A DNA stretch of 63,905 nucleotides, filler included. It is 8 parts of 8 records of this genome, joined end to end, with 100 filler letters (N's around TTAATTAATTAA, not from the genome) between each part and the next. Parts side by side here need not be neighbours in the genome. Positions count along the whole stretch, not along the records: positions 37,727 to 46,602 come from SRR31156797_39331; positions 46,703 to 52,710 come from SRR31156797_39378; 6 more parts are not named here. One strand, written 5' to 3'. Below the pieces are notes generated by a model. It was not told the origin of the DNA and made no database searches. It saw only the letters and a program-made list of their open reading frames with translations. The position numbers and the translations under genes were made by a program. Positions within the stretch are counted from its first letter, which is position 1. Every line of letters begins with the position of its first letter. Positions 37,727-48,876 of this stretch are shown one piece after another.

Positions 37727-39211
37727 TTCACCCGTGGCAAAAGTATGACTCCAGATATCTAAGCTAAAATCTGATTGAGAAAGCTTACCGGGCTGTGTAC
37801 GAAATGTCTCTAAAGTATCCCATGTTGATTCACTAACCCTAGGAGCCTTATCTTCTAGCCAGTATACAATTTCTGGGTTATTAATAATTTTACCACAAGC
37901 AGGCCGTCTCACGTTACCATAGAATACAAGACGCCCTTTACCCGTTACAGGCAATAATGGTGTAAAACTACGCGCTTCATATCCTTTTTCAAACACATCA
38001 GTACATCCAAAAAGAGCTATAAAACTTGTATGCTGAATGCTGGTGTGATAATTTTCATATGTTAGAGAACCTTTCGTATTAAAAAAATCCCACATTGAAT
38101 TTGTCATTTTAGCAAATTCATCTTTTTGATCAACACCATCCTTTGTAAATAGATTATTGTATATTTGTAAAGGTACGTTTCCCCATTGATTAGAAGTGAG
38201 CAGCCTTTCAGCTATAACATGAGATAATTCAGATACTTTTCCTAAACTTTCATTAGTAATTAATACACCAGCACTAGATAGGTTAATACCTACAGAGTGC
38301 CCATAAACTTGTTTATTGCCAACCATTGTCTCATGGCTGCCAGGAGTGCGCACTACAAGAATATTTGTACTACTGCCTACTGATTTTTTTGGTATTATAG
38401 GTTCAAAAGGATATGATCTTTCATCTTCTGCATAAATTCCAACGTATTGATTAACTTTTTTATCAAGTACAAAATATGCACCATGTATATTAACAGGATC
38501 TAATCCTCCTGGTACTGGATCAAATGCTAAGATATTGATTTTACTTACTCTACTATACTCGCTGGCCATCTTAGCAACTCTTAATGCTGAGACTCCCCCT
38601 CTACTAAAACCAATTAAATTTAAAGTAACTTTATCATCGGGGTGGTTATGTTTATCTAATAGTTTGACTAATCCATTAATTGCTTCAGTTTCAATACTAT
38701 GCCATGTGCGTGTGCCGAGATCAGGATCAATTGAACCCAAAAAAGATAATAAATCAATAAAACGGAGTTCTGGACTCATCTTAAACGTCATGTCAGATGT
38801 ACCTGCTCCATTAACAAAATATTTAAAATGTGTAGCATTATTGTCTACAATATCTTTAGGTCCCCAATAACCTTCATTTGTGTCAAATGGATAGTGTTCA
38901 ATTGCAACTGATGTATCATAATCATTATAAAGTGTAGCTAACAATTCAGGGCTATGCCATGGTGAATTTTTTCCTATGTTATCATTCCAAGTCATACCTG
39001 TTCCAGCCAAATAGATTGTTAAAACTCTATTATTCTCACTGGCTGTGGCAGTAACTGACAATAATAATAAGCAAATAATTGTTAACATTCTTAGATATTT
39101 TTCGAATCGGTGATCCATTGAAACCTCCCCATTGTTAAATTTATTTTGAGCAACTGAATTTCCAACCGCCCTACTTTTATTCTCTTTTTGTTTTTCTACT
39201 TGTTCATACAT
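37727..39211 (-). CDS. secreted alpha/beta hydrolase-like protein (GFSRGG), 3' truncated; likely start 39118
   Basis: YLAGTG, LIGFSRGG, FDPVPG, A.DER..F, PGSH are DUF2235/Tle1-like motifs; signal peptide after RBS GGAGG. Confidence 0.7.
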
Positions 39212-39409
39212 CTCTCAAACTTTTTAAAAATTGGCTTTACTCGATGTTATAGGCTTTTTTTCAATTGCCTATCACCTTGAAATTAGGTTGATATTCGTGT
39301 TCGATATTGAAAAAGCCAGATATTACACCAGATAGCCAGCAGATGAATCTGTGGAACTCAGGTATGCCGCTGGATACTTTCTTTCCAGAAAAAACACGGT
39401 AGCCCCAAA

Positions 39410-40132
39410 TCAATGCGGATCTTTGAACGCATTGTCTTTTTTCTTGCCACCAAGACCGGCTGTATTTCCCACTGCCATCCCAAGCAATCCCACACCAATA
39501 AGCAGTAAGCTGGATGGCTCCGGGACCGCCAAAGGAGCAGTTGCTGTTATGATGTCATCTACTCTATAAGAAGTCATCCGGAAATTCATTGAAGCAATGT
39601 CAGCATTGGTAAAGGTGTTCTTGTCGTCAACTATGCCCAGGAAATATGCCGTGAAGCCTCCATATAGATTCAAACCGTTTGAAATATTTAAATTTACTGA
39701 AACGTTGTCCAATCTAATGTCAAGCATATCTATAAAAGGAAATTGATCGGCGGTAATAAAGTACATTCCAATGGCATTAACCGGTTCAAATGAAAGGGAG
39801 AATCCTTGCGTTAACCTCTCATCGTTAGAGTAGTCGCTTGAACCAAGAGAATTGAACCACGATGTGGGGGGGGCGAACATCGAATAGTTCACGACCATTT
39901 TTTCATATGTTCCCCCAAAATCATAGTTAAATGTAATACCGTCAATGGTATCACCGCTGTTAATGGTTCTTTCATGCATACGGTCAAAATCCAGAACAGA
40001 AGCCGGGCCGGGCAATGCATTCATAAAGGCATTGTAATCTGTATAAGCGACCGGACTTGCAAAAGCCGGAGATAAACAAAAAAAGAGCAACATTGCCGTC
40101 ATGATTAAAGTGTTTTTTGGAAAAATTTTCAT
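39410..40132 (-). CDS. PEP-CTERM sorting domain protein
   Basis: Signal peptide; VPEPSSLLLIGVGLLG followed by basic tail. Confidence 0.9.
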   Translation of the reverse strand: MKIFPKNTLIMTAMLLFFCLSPAFASPVAYTDYNAFMNALPGPASVLDFDRMHERTINSGDTIDGITFNYDFGGTYEKMVVNYSMFAPPTSWFNSLGSSDYSNDERLTQGFSLSFEPVNAIGMYFITADQFPFIDMLDIRLDNVSVNLNISNGLNLYGGFTAYFLGIVDDKNTFTNADIASMNFRMTSYRVDDIITATAPLAVPEPSSLLLIGVGLLGMAVGNTAGLGGKKKDNAFKDPH

Positions 40133-40697
40133 TGTCCATCTTCCTTATCTGTTTCATGGTTTGGGTAATAGTTCATTTTCCGCAGGATATAGACCGATGT
40201 CCGATTCGTGGAAAAAATGCGACACCGATTTAGCGCACTCCTGTGCGGCATCCGGCGAATTTGGTGAAGTCAGTCTTTTCACAATGAGCGTCATTGACAG
40301 TATGCGACAACGCAACGGGAAGCAATAAATACATACTGTTAAAACTGTTAAACGGCATGAGAATGTTCATGTTCTGTTCGAGGCGCTTCGACCCAATGGC
40401 ATGAATAAAGCTGTTAAAATAACGATTTATACAAATATAGGAAAACATCATGCCATTTGCATACTTCTCGTTTTATGAAACTTTAAAACACTGATTTTTT
40501 CTTCAGCGGGGGCGGGCGTTATGCAAATGTAACATTTTTAACAGTAGTTCACTGTTGAGATTCAGACGTTTACTTTGTAATATCCTCAGAACCAGCCGGT
40601 CATTCTGCTTCCGGAAGATGGGGAGCCGATATCAAAGGGCAGGTGGAACAAACGAAAGGTTGTACCGTATTTTAACAAATCAATCATAGGAGAACAG

Positions 40698-41477
40698 ATG
40701 TCTATTCAAATGAGATGGTTGGGTAAGGCAGGTTTTGAAATTGTCACACCGTCGGGGAAAACGATTATCATCGATCCCTACATGACCAGTGCCTTCGAGC
40801 CTCCGATTCAATGGGGCGAGATCCAAGGTTGTGACTACATCTTCATCACCCACGGACATTTTGATCATGTTTCAGATGTGGGCAACCTTGCCGGAAAATT
40901 CACACCCAAAATATTTTGCAATAAGACCACGGCTGATGCGCTGATGGAACATCAGAACGTCGATCCAAAGCTATTCTCATTCATTACTGCCGGTGATGTG
41001 ATCAAGGATGGGGACCTCTCGGTAAAAGTCGTAGAAGGGGTGCATGCGGATGTTTCAAACCCGGAGGATATACCTGAAATAGAAGGTGTTGATGTAGGCA
41101 AATCGATAGAGGACTATCCCCCTGGAGAACAGCTGAATTTTATTTTCGATGTGGAGGGCGGAAATAGAATCTATATGGCGGGATCCTTTCCGGACCCGAG
41201 TCTTTTAACCGTCGCAGAAAAGGCCAGGGCCGACATCATTTTGCTGCAGGTGATGATGGGCAAGAAACTGGTGGGCTTGGAAAGAGCAACTTTTGAAATG
41301 GCCAAAGCGTCAGGATGTAAAATCGTTATTCCCCAGCACCATGATCCCATGGGGAAAAACTCTACGAAAACAGATCTAAAAGAGCTCAAGAAGATCTTCT
41401 CCACGGAATCTGACATGGAATTTAAAGAATTGGAAGCCGGAGGATGGTATACCTTCAATATTCCAAGCATTTCATGA
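40698..41477 (+). CDS. metallo-beta-lactamase fold hydrolase (UPF0173-like)
   Basis: WLG.AGF, IIIDPY, THGHFDH, VIPQHHD. Confidence 0.88.
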   Translation: MSIQMRWLGKAGFEIVTPSGKTIIIDPYMTSAFEPPIQWGEIQGCDYIFITHGHFDHVSDVGNLAGKFTPKIFCNKTTADALMEHQNVDPKLFSFITAGDVIKDGDLSVKVVEGVHADVSNPEDIPEIEGVDVGKSIEDYPPGEQLNFIFDVEGGNRIYMAGSFPDPSLLTVAEKARADIILLQVMMGKKLVGLERATFEMAKASGCKIVIPQHHDPMGKNSTKTDLKELKKIFSTESDMEFKELEAGGWYTFNIPSIS

Positions 41478-41589
41478 CCCATTGAGTTCAGAATATAGTT
41501 TGGTACTATATTTCAAGTCAGCTATCTCCGGAAAAGTCATGTGGCGTCATATTTGTTCTCATACGAGGAGGTAAACTAATAGCGCCTTG

Positions 41590-44500
41590 TTATACAACGA
41601 GGCGCAACCGGGCAAGGAGGTTCTCCAGTTTCTGCCTCACCCCATTGGTGATATCTGAAGCCGCAAGGGCAAAGTCACCGGTCTCAAGTACCTGGGCCAG
41701 ACGTGGCCTTTTGGGAATGGTTTTTATATCAAGATATTTATCCAGGGTCTGGGTGCGATCCCAGCCATCCAAATTGGTGTAGACCTTCCAGATCGTCGAT
41801 TCCCTGGCCAGATCGCCTTTGGTCTTGCCGGTTACCCCCTGCCAATACTTTAAAGAAAGCCTCATTACCTCTACGGCCAGCTTGCGCTTATCCAGCTGCT
41901 CATCACCTTGACCCAAGAGTTGCTCCATCTGGCCAAGGGCGCTGTCTATAGACTGAATGGTTTGAGTAAAATCCGGGGACTGCGCCACAATTAACGGCCA
42001 AGATCCGTTGAGGGAGGCTTCAAGATCCCGTACCCGTTTTCTGTTGCGGGCCAGCTCCTCTATCAGTGTTAGTGTTGAAAGCCCTCCTGGCCGAGCTCCG
42101 TTGGCGAAACCATGGCCGGCATCAAAATCTTGCCGCAAGACCACCATTTTTAAGAGGGAGTCGTCTATCTCTATATGGGTCAACATGGCCGCCGCCGATA
42201 GGGTCGTCTGATCCTTTTTTATAAATTCGACGATCTCCAGATATCTGGCATGACCTGGTTCATTTTGTTTAGCATCGGGCATCCCCTCCCCTGACCGCCA
42301 CGGTCCATCCCCCACCACCGTGGCGGCAGGATGTCCAAGCAGCTCCTCTCCTTTATACCCCGTACACTCTTGGAACTGACGATTGCTAAAGGCGATCTCA
42401 TCGCTTTCGTTGATGGCAAGCAATGGATCTGGCGCGGCATCGAGCATGTTAGACAGTCTTCGCTGCATCATGCGCAACTCAAATTCTGTCTTTGCCCGTT
42501 TAGCCAGCTCCTTTTTAAGGGTAATGTTCTCTTCAAGGGTTTTGTATGCCTTTTTAAGGTCGAGCTGGGTCCTTACCCGTGCCAACAACTCTTCATTGGC
42601 AAAGGGCTTGGTGAGATAATCGTTGGCTCCGGAATCAAACCCTTCCACCAAATCACTCACCCGATTTCTGGCAGTAATGATAATGACAGGCAATTGTGAT
42701 GCTGAAAAGGTCTCACGCAGCCGCCTGCACACCTCAAACCCACTGAGACCGGGCATCATAATGTCTAAAAGTATAAGGTCAAAGCGCTCCCCGGCCGCCA
42801 GCAACTCAAGGGCCTGAAGACCGCTGGTCGCCAAGGCAAATCCCAATTCGTTCATGGTTAACACATTTGCCGCCACTTGGAGGTTGACCGGTTCGTCGTC
42901 TACGACGAGCACCCTGGGTTGTCCTGGTTTGGCTGATATCTTTTCCGGCAACCTGGCAGCCCCATCGTCCTGCTGCAATGGGGCTATATTAACAGGCAAT
43001 CGAATGCAGGAGTCTCCAGGGGAGCTGTATTGTTCCAAAAATTGTTCGGCCCCTTCGGAAACCACAGGAATGGAAAATGTAAAGACAGATCCCTCTCCAA
43101 CAGTGGAATCCACCCGTATTTTGCCCCCGTGCAGTTCGACAAGCTGCTGTGTGATATTAAGCCCCAGGCCCGTCCCCCCAATTTTTCTGTGCCCCTCCTC
43201 AACCCGGCTGAACGATTCAAAGATCAAGCGATACTTATCTTTTGCAATACCGATTCCGGTATCTGTTACAGAAATTTCAACCATCTCTTTGACCGGATTG
43301 GCCGAAATGTTAATTCTGCCTTGGTCGGTAAATTTAAGGGCATTACCGACAAGGTTGAATAAAATTTGTTGTAAACGGTTCTCATCGGCCCACACCAAAG
43401 GGAGGTCATTGGCAAGATTGACGGTGATAAAAAGCTTTTTCCTGTCGCTCATTGGGGAGAGCACTGTGACCACAGTATCTGACAATGTGCGCAAATCAAC
43501 AGGGGCAAAGCGCAGCTTGAGTGACTTTTTTTCAAGAAGGGTCATATCAAGCAGATCATCAACCAGACAATTCAATCGTCTGGCCGATGATGAGACAATA
43601 GTCAGATTCTGGACGACCTTTTTGGCAAGTGAACCACCTCCCCCTGAAAGAAGGGAATCTATAATACCGATGATGCCATGAAGTGGCGTTTTCAGTTCAT
43701 GGGACGTATTGGCGATAAATCTATCCTTTTGCCGCCCCATCTCCTCCAGCTGCAGGTTTTTTTGCTCAAGATCCACGGACAGGGTTTCCACACGGCTGAA
43801 TGCGTTGGTAAAACGTTTTGCCAGGACCAGGGACTGTGAAACCACAAAAAGAAGCAGGCCAAAGGGCAGCAGATAGACTGAATTGACAATTCTTTTATCA
43901 TAAAGGATATCATGAACGCCGGTAAAGGCAAAAAGGAGGAATCCTGCAAGTAGTGTTGCCGCCCCATGGCGTGAACTACGAAAAGCCCGGTATAAAATAG
44001 TTAAACCAACTCCAATACAGAGTAACGTAATGGGCTGATAAACCGCCAGCAACCAGGTCGCCTGGTAAGCAGAGAGAAACCATGCGATACCAATAAAACC
44101 GACGGAAATATAGGCCAAGGCCTTCATAATTACCCTATTTCCCTCTTCCGGAAAAAGAGAATATACAAAATATACGATGCACGGAACTTCGATAAATAGC
44201 AAAAACAGATTGAATTTAAACAGAAACGACCAGGAAAGCCCCTTAAAGAGTTGATCGATAAACCAACCGCTTGGGGCTAAGGTCGTAGAACCGCCAAGCA
44301 GCATGCAAAAAAGCCCGAACCAGAGGAGCGGAGTATCCTTGGGTCTTAGCAAATAGAGCAGCAGATGGTACACTCCGAAAATAAGCAGGATACCTGCAAG
44401 GAACATTGACATTGCCCAGGATACAGCCTGCCTGCGGTTCAGCTCATCTGCACTGCCAATTACCGGAGAAGACCTTACCCCACCGGTGATGTGATGATGG

Positions 44501-45018
44501 TTGGAGACCTGGAGTATAAGCTCCAACCTTCTGTTGGAAGCCTTGAACGTTGCAATGGAAAGCGAGTGCTTCGGGACCTCTTCTTTGACATTTTTACCAA
44601 CGATGCCGCATGTTGAGATCAAATTGCCGTTAAGCCACAACCGATAGGCTGATGCCACATTGGCAATCTTTAATGCCAGCGGCTTTTCTATCCCGGGCAA
44701 TTCGATCACTAATCTGTAAGTGGCATAGCCCCGGCGCAGCAGTGTTTTTTGGTTGACCTCCCCCCCATCCCAGACATTTGGAACAAGAATATACTCTTTA
44801 TCTTTAACGCGCTTACCCTGTGTAAACTCATCCGGGTAGAGTAATCGTCCCCTGTAAAACTCCCACTCACCATCTAACCCCGCAGGCCCTGATAGCTCCA
44901 AATCATAACCTTGCAGATCAAGATGGCCATTCTGTGCACGTGGTCCCTTCTCTTTTGAACATCCTGCCACTGTGAAGATAATCAGAAACAATAGAATAAC
45001 GTGAACCAGATATTTCAT
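41590..45018 (-). CDS. hybrid sensor histidine kinase (7TM-DISM, HisKA, HATPase, REC, PAS, ChiS-like C-terminal domain)
   Basis: LDGEWEFY, SHELKTPL, NLVGNALKFT, DTGIGI, GGTGLGL, VDDEPVN, LDIMMP, DYLTKPF; C-terminal WKVY...RTQTLDKYL...PKRPR. Confidence 0.92.
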   Translation of the reverse strand: MKYLVHVILLFLIIFTVAGCSKEKGPRAQNGHLDLQGYDLELSGPAGLDGEWEFYRGRLLYPDEFTQGKRVKDKEYILVPNVWDGGEVNQKTLLRRGYATYRLVIELPGIEKPLALKIANVASAYRLWLNGNLISTCGIVGKNVKEEVPKHSLSIATFKASNRRLELILQVSNHHHITGGVRSSPVIGSADELNRRQAVSWAMSMFLAGILLIFGVYHLLLYLLRPKDTPLLWFGLFCMLLGGSTTLAPSGWFIDQLFKGLSWSFLFKFNLFLLFIEVPCIVYFVYSLFPEEGNRVIMKALAYISVGFIGIAWFLSAYQATWLLAVYQPITLLCIGVGLTILYRAFRSSRHGAATLLAGFLLFAFTGVHDILYDKRIVNSVYLLPFGLLLFVVSQSLVLAKRFTNAFSRVETLSVDLEQKNLQLEEMGRQKDRFIANTSHELKTPLHGIIGIIDSLLSGGGGSLAKKVVQNLTIVSSSARRLNCLVDDLLDMTLLEKKSLKLRFAPVDLRTLSDTVVTVLSPMSDRKKLFITVNLANDLPLVWADENRLQQILFNLVGNALKFTDQGRINISANPVKEMVEISVTDTGIGIAKDKYRLIFESFSRVEEGHRKIGGTGLGLNITQQLVELHGGKIRVDSTVGEGSVFTFSIPVVSEGAEQFLEQYSSPGDSCIRLPVNIAPLQQDDGAARLPEKISAKPGQPRVLVVDDEPVNLQVAANVLTMNELGFALATSGLQALELLAAGERFDLILLDIMMPGLSGFEVCRRLRETFSASQLPVIIITARNRVSDLVEGFDSGANDYLTKPFANEELLARVRTQLDLKKAYKTLEENITLKKELAKRAKTEFELRMMQRRLSNMLDAAPDPLLAINESDEIAFSNRQFQECTGYKGEELLGHPAATVVGDGPWRSGEGMPDAKQNEPGHARYLEIVEFIKKDQTTLSAAAMLTHIEIDDSLLKMVVLRQDFDAGHGFANGARPGGLSTLTLIEELARNRKRVRDLEASLNGSWPLIVAQSPDFTQTIQSIDSALGQMEQLLGQGDEQLDKRKLAVEVMRLSLKYWQGVTGKTKGDLARESTIWKVYTNLDGWDRTQTLDKYLDIKTIPKRPRLAQVLETGDFALAASDITNGVRQKLENLLARLRLVV

Positions 45019-45282
45019 AGCAGAACCATTCTTCTAAAAATAGGGGACATCATCACGATTTCCCCAAAGCTGCAAGTTCTATATTTTGTCATGCTCTGCG
45101 CAGATCCGGAGTACAAAATATGGCCCAATCATTAAAAAGCGCAGTCCGTCCCTATTATTTTAGCTGTTACTGGAAAAGTAACAGCTCATAGATCATTTTC
45201 GGAGAGGGGACCGTCTATAATAATGGCCCACGCCGAACCCGAAATCAGTATAGTGAAATTATGTTGCGAGACGCTTTACAGC

Positions 45283-46518
45283 TTAGAGCAGGCTCTTTTT
45301 TGCCTCATCAAGGTTGAAACCATAGGTTTCTGTAACAAAGTCAAGATCCTTATCACCTCGGCCACTGAGATTGATCAGAATGGAACCATGCCCCATTTCT
45401 TTGGCAAGCTTCATGGAATAAGCCACTGCATGGGCACTCTCCAGAGCTGGGATAATGCCTTCAACCCGACTGAGGGTGTAGAAACCATCGAGGGCTTCGA
45501 TATCATTGGCAATTTCATAGCTGATACGATCATCATCTTTCATCAGGCTATGCTCAGGCCCAACCCCTGGGTAATCAAGGCCGCTGGCAATGGAGTAGAC
45601 CGGCGCCGGCTCGCCCTTCTCGTCCTGGAGCAGGTAACATTTAAAGCCATGAATAATTCCAGGCTTGCCAAAGGCGGCTGTGGCGGCATGGTCACCAAGG
45701 TTAAGAGAGCGACCACCGGGTTCAACCCCAACCAGCTTAACCGGATCTTTCATAAAGCCTGAGAAAATACCCATGGCGTTAGAACCACCGCCGACACAGG
45801 CACAAACAACATCCGGTAGTTCCCCGGTCATATCAAGGAACTGTTCTCTGGACTCGATTCCCACCACAGCCTGAAAATCTCTGACCATCATGGGGAAGGG
45901 GTGAGGGCCTACTACCGAACCAATACAGTAGATCGAGGTGACGGGATCCTTTAAATAGGCCAGGAAAGCCGAATCAACTGCTTCTTTCAGGGTTTTAAGA
46001 CCAAAGGAGACAGGAACCACAGTGGCACCAAGCAGTTTCATCCGAATCACATTGGGTGCTTCTTTGACTATATCTACTTCACCCATATGGATTTCACACT
46101 CTATCCCAAAATAGGCAGCAGCTGTTGCCAGGGCAACGCCATGCTGACCTGCACCTGTTTCGGCGATAAGCTTCTTTTTGCCCATATATTTGGCTAGGAG
46201 AGCTTCTCCCATACAATGGTTGAGCTTATGGGCACCGGTATGATTGAGATCTTCACGTTTGAGATAGATTTGAGCGCCACCACAAAGCTGTGAAAGACGG
46301 TCTGCATGAAATACCGGAGTTGGGCGCCCCTGGTAGTGCTTACGGATAGAACGAAGTTCTTCTATAAATTTATGGGTTTTACAGATATGCAAATATGCGT
46401 CGGTAATTTTATCCATCTCCACCTGCAGTTCCGGTGGGATATAGGAGCCGCCATAGTCGCCAAAGTGTCCAGTTGAATCGGGGTACTGATTGGGATAACG
46501 GGAGTAATCTTTTGTCAT
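45283..46518 (-). CDS. trpB: tryptophan synthase beta chain
   Basis: [49 protein letters not shown]. Confidence 0.97.
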   Translation of the reverse strand: MTKDYSRYPNQYPDSTGHFGDYGGSYIPPELQVEMDKITDAYLHICKTHKFIEELRSIRKHYQGRPTPVFHADRLSQLCGGAQIYLKREDLNHTGAHKLNHCMGEALLAKYMGKKKLIAETGAGQHGVALATAAAYFGIECEIHMGEVDIVKEAPNVIRMKLLGATVVPVSFGLKTLKEAVDSAFLAYLKDPVTSIYCIGSVVGPHPFPMMVRDFQAVVGIESREQFLDMTGELPDVVCACVGGGSNAMGIFSGFMKDPVKLVGVEPGGRSLNLGDHAATAAFGKPGIIHGFKCYLLQDEKGEPAPVYSIASGLDYPGVGPEHSLMKDDDRISYEIANDIEALDGFYTLSRVEGIIPALESAHAVAYSMKLAKEMGHGSILINLSGRGDKDLDFVTETYGFNLDEAKKSLL

Positions 46519-46747
46519 GGTATGCCTTTTATTGCTGAGGGTTAGGACGGATAGGGTCTTCCTTTTTTTTCAAGCAAGGTATAACAAAGAATAAAAAGAT
46601 TANNNNNNNNNNNNNNNNNNNNNNNNNNNNNNNNNNNNNNNNNNNNTTAATTAATTAANNNNNNNNNNNNNNNNNNNNNNNNNNNNNNNNNNNNNNNNNN
46701 NNTTTTTTTATCTTCTCGGAATTGAAATAAACAGGAGCGGAAACAAA

Positions 46748-47290
46748 ATGAATATCATGACAAAAGTTCAAAATATCTCAACTAAAAGCTTTGTAAAAGA
46801 AGTTACATATATCATGTCGGCTGTTTTGATGCTGGCGGCTCTATCACGCGTTACGATTCCATTGCAACCTGTACCTGTTACGGGGCAAACCCTGGGCATA
46901 TTGCTCACCGGTATCATGCTTGGTAAAAAACGTGCTTTAACCGCAACAATGGTTTATCTTGCAATGGGTATTTTCGGTTTCCCAGTTTTCGCTAATGCTG
47001 CTTTCGGCCCTGCTGCTCTTGTTGGTCCCACCGGTGGCTATCTAATCGGATTTATTCCAACAGCATTCCTCATGGGCTGGTTTGCAGATAAGGGTTGGTT
47101 CAACAATGCATGGTCAGCCATTTCTGCCCTCTTGATCGGACATACTCTTGTTTTTGCTTTCGGTTTGGTCTGGTTAGCAAATTTCACCGGTTGGTCTGCT
47201 GTGCTGGCTACAGGATTGCTTCCCTTTCTACCGGGTGCAGCTATCAAGACATTGATCGCGTTTGCTTTGATCCCGATAATTAAAAAATAA
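46748..47290 (+). CDS. bioY: biotin transporter BioY
   Basis: PVPVTGQTL, YLAMGIFGFPVFA, GPTGGYLIGF, PFLPG..IK. Confidence 0.93.
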   Translation: MNIMTKVQNISTKSFVKEVTYIMSAVLMLAALSRVTIPLQPVPVTGQTLGILLTGIMLGKKRALTATMVYLAMGIFGFPVFANAAFGPAALVGPTGGYLIGFIPTAFLMGWFADKGWFNNAWSAISALLIGHTLVFAFGLVWLANFTGWSAVLATGLLPFLPGAAIKTLIAFALIPIIKK

Positions 47291-47307
47291 TTTTACTGCA
47301 CAAAAAA

Positions 47308-47402
47308 GTACGGGAGGGTCTCAGATCCTCCCGTTTTTTATTCTTTTGATTTTATATTGAATATTCTATGAGAATACGGGAGACTCACGAGTCTCCCCTA
47401 CA
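47308..47402. repeat. REP-like palindromes/terminator between convergent bioY and purC-purE
   Basis: GTACGGGAGGGTCTCAGATCCTCCCG+T run and TACGGGAGACTCACGAGTCTCCCCTACA. Confidence 0.6.
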
Positions 47403-47417
47403 ATACCATAAAATTAC

Positions 47418-48797
47418 TTAGATTCTGACTTTATTATCAGCCTCGATCAGTCCTTCTTTGATCTCTAGGATCTCATCAGAAATTATATTTTTCAAGCGAT
47501 GAAGGTTCAATGAACGTAGCGCCAAGTGCGCAGCATTCTTAGGATCAACAACTGTCGCTGCCGGTGTGTATGACGGCATCATTAAAGATGAATTGATATT
47601 GACCATCAAATCGACCTTGTCTGCAAATGGCGGACAAGAAATAACCGGGCAGCTCAGGTTGGCTGAAAGTGCTCCACCTAGTCCATTCGAACGGCCTGCA
47701 ACAGCGATCACAGCAACCGGTTCAAGGGCATGGTTATATTCTTCAGCCACATTTAAAATTGCTTCGCCGTTTTTGTGAGCCGACATGATCCTCAGGTCAC
47801 AAGGAATGTCATATTTTTCAATGATCTTTTTCATCTTTTCCGCATGAGGAATATCAGATGCCGAGCCCATGATGATGGAAACGAATCCGTCTTTCATTAA
47901 ACCTTCATCCTGTAAACATGCTGCCAGATAATGCTCGGGACGACGAACATGAAGGATGTCTTCACCGGTGATCATCTTATAAATGGCTTCGTAACGACGA
48001 ACCGTTTCAGTAACGATCTCATCCGAAAGCGTTGTAGGATATTTACCATCTACTTTATTTTTCATCAAATGCGTACGAACGAATTCTTTATCAAGCTGTT
48101 CGACCTTTTCAGGATTCTTTTCATGATCTTCAGCTGACCAGAAACGCGATGAATCGGGTGTATGGATCTCATCGATCAAGATGACTTTACCATTTTTCAA
48201 ACCGAACTCATATTTCGTATCAACCAGAATAATACCCTTTTCTTTCAAAACCTTTGACCCACGTTCAAAAAGTTTGATTGAGTATTCTTCCATTTGTTTA
48301 TAAATATCTTCTGTTGTCCAACCTTCTTTCAGCAGATCTTCACGAGAGATCTCGCGATCACTGTCTTCTTTTGTAGTTGGTGTCAAAATAGGTGTAGGAA
48401 ATTCATCGTTTTTCTTTAATCCGTCAGGAATAGGAACACCTGATACTTCCCTGCCACCTTTTTCATATTTGCGCCAAGCTGAGCCTGTAATGTAACCACG
48501 AACGATCATTTCGATCTTAATTGGTTCCACATCGTGAACGAGTGAAGTATTGACACCTATGGTTTTGATCAGATGATTGTCAACAATATCTTTCGTCTGA
48601 TCGAACCACCAGGCGGCCAGTGAATTCAGTACGGCACCTTTGCCGGGGATAAGGCTTTCAAGGACCATATCAAAACTTGAAATACGGTCGGTCGCCACGA
48701 TCAAACGTCTTTTCTCGTCAATTCTAAAACTATCACGCACCTTGCCCTTGTGGATCTTTTTGATCTGCGGGCTCGAGATCTCTTGCATGGGTTTCAT
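47418..48797 (-). CDS. purC: bifunctional SAICAR synthetase / AIR carboxylase (PurC-PurE, PAICS-like)
   Basis: N-term GKVRD, TDRISSFD, VDTKYEFG, DEIHTPDSSRFW; C-term IMGSASD, SAHK, AVAGRSNGL, PVISCPP. Confidence 0.92.
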   Translation of the reverse strand: MKPMQEISSPQIKKIHKGKVRDSFRIDEKRRLIVATDRISSFDMVLESLIPGKGAVLNSLAAWWFDQTKDIVDNHLIKTIGVNTSLVHDVEPIKIEMIVRGYITGSAWRKYEKGGREVSGVPIPDGLKKNDEFPTPILTPTTKEDSDREISREDLLKEGWTTEDIYKQMEEYSIKLFERGSKVLKEKGIILVDTKYEFGLKNGKVILIDEIHTPDSSRFWSAEDHEKNPEKVEQLDKEFVRTHLMKNKVDGKYPTTLSDEIVTETVRRYEAIYKMITGEDILHVRRPEHYLAACLQDEGLMKDGFVSIIMGSASDIPHAEKMKKIIEKYDIPCDLRIMSAHKNGEAILNVAEEYNHALEPVAVIAVAGRSNGLGGALSANLSCPVISCPPFADKVDLMVNINSSLMMPSYTPAATVVDPKNAAHLALRSLNLHRLKNIISDEILEIKEGLIEADNKVRI

Positions 48798-48876
48798 ATA
48801 TGTACTCCTTTATATTATTTTTGCTGGTAAGCCAATGGGCTATGAAGCTGACAAGCAAATATGCTTTTTAGCTTGT

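Noticed and set aside
42854-43681. 275-aa plus-strand ORF
   Set aside because: Antisense shadow of the histidine kinase HATPase/REC region.
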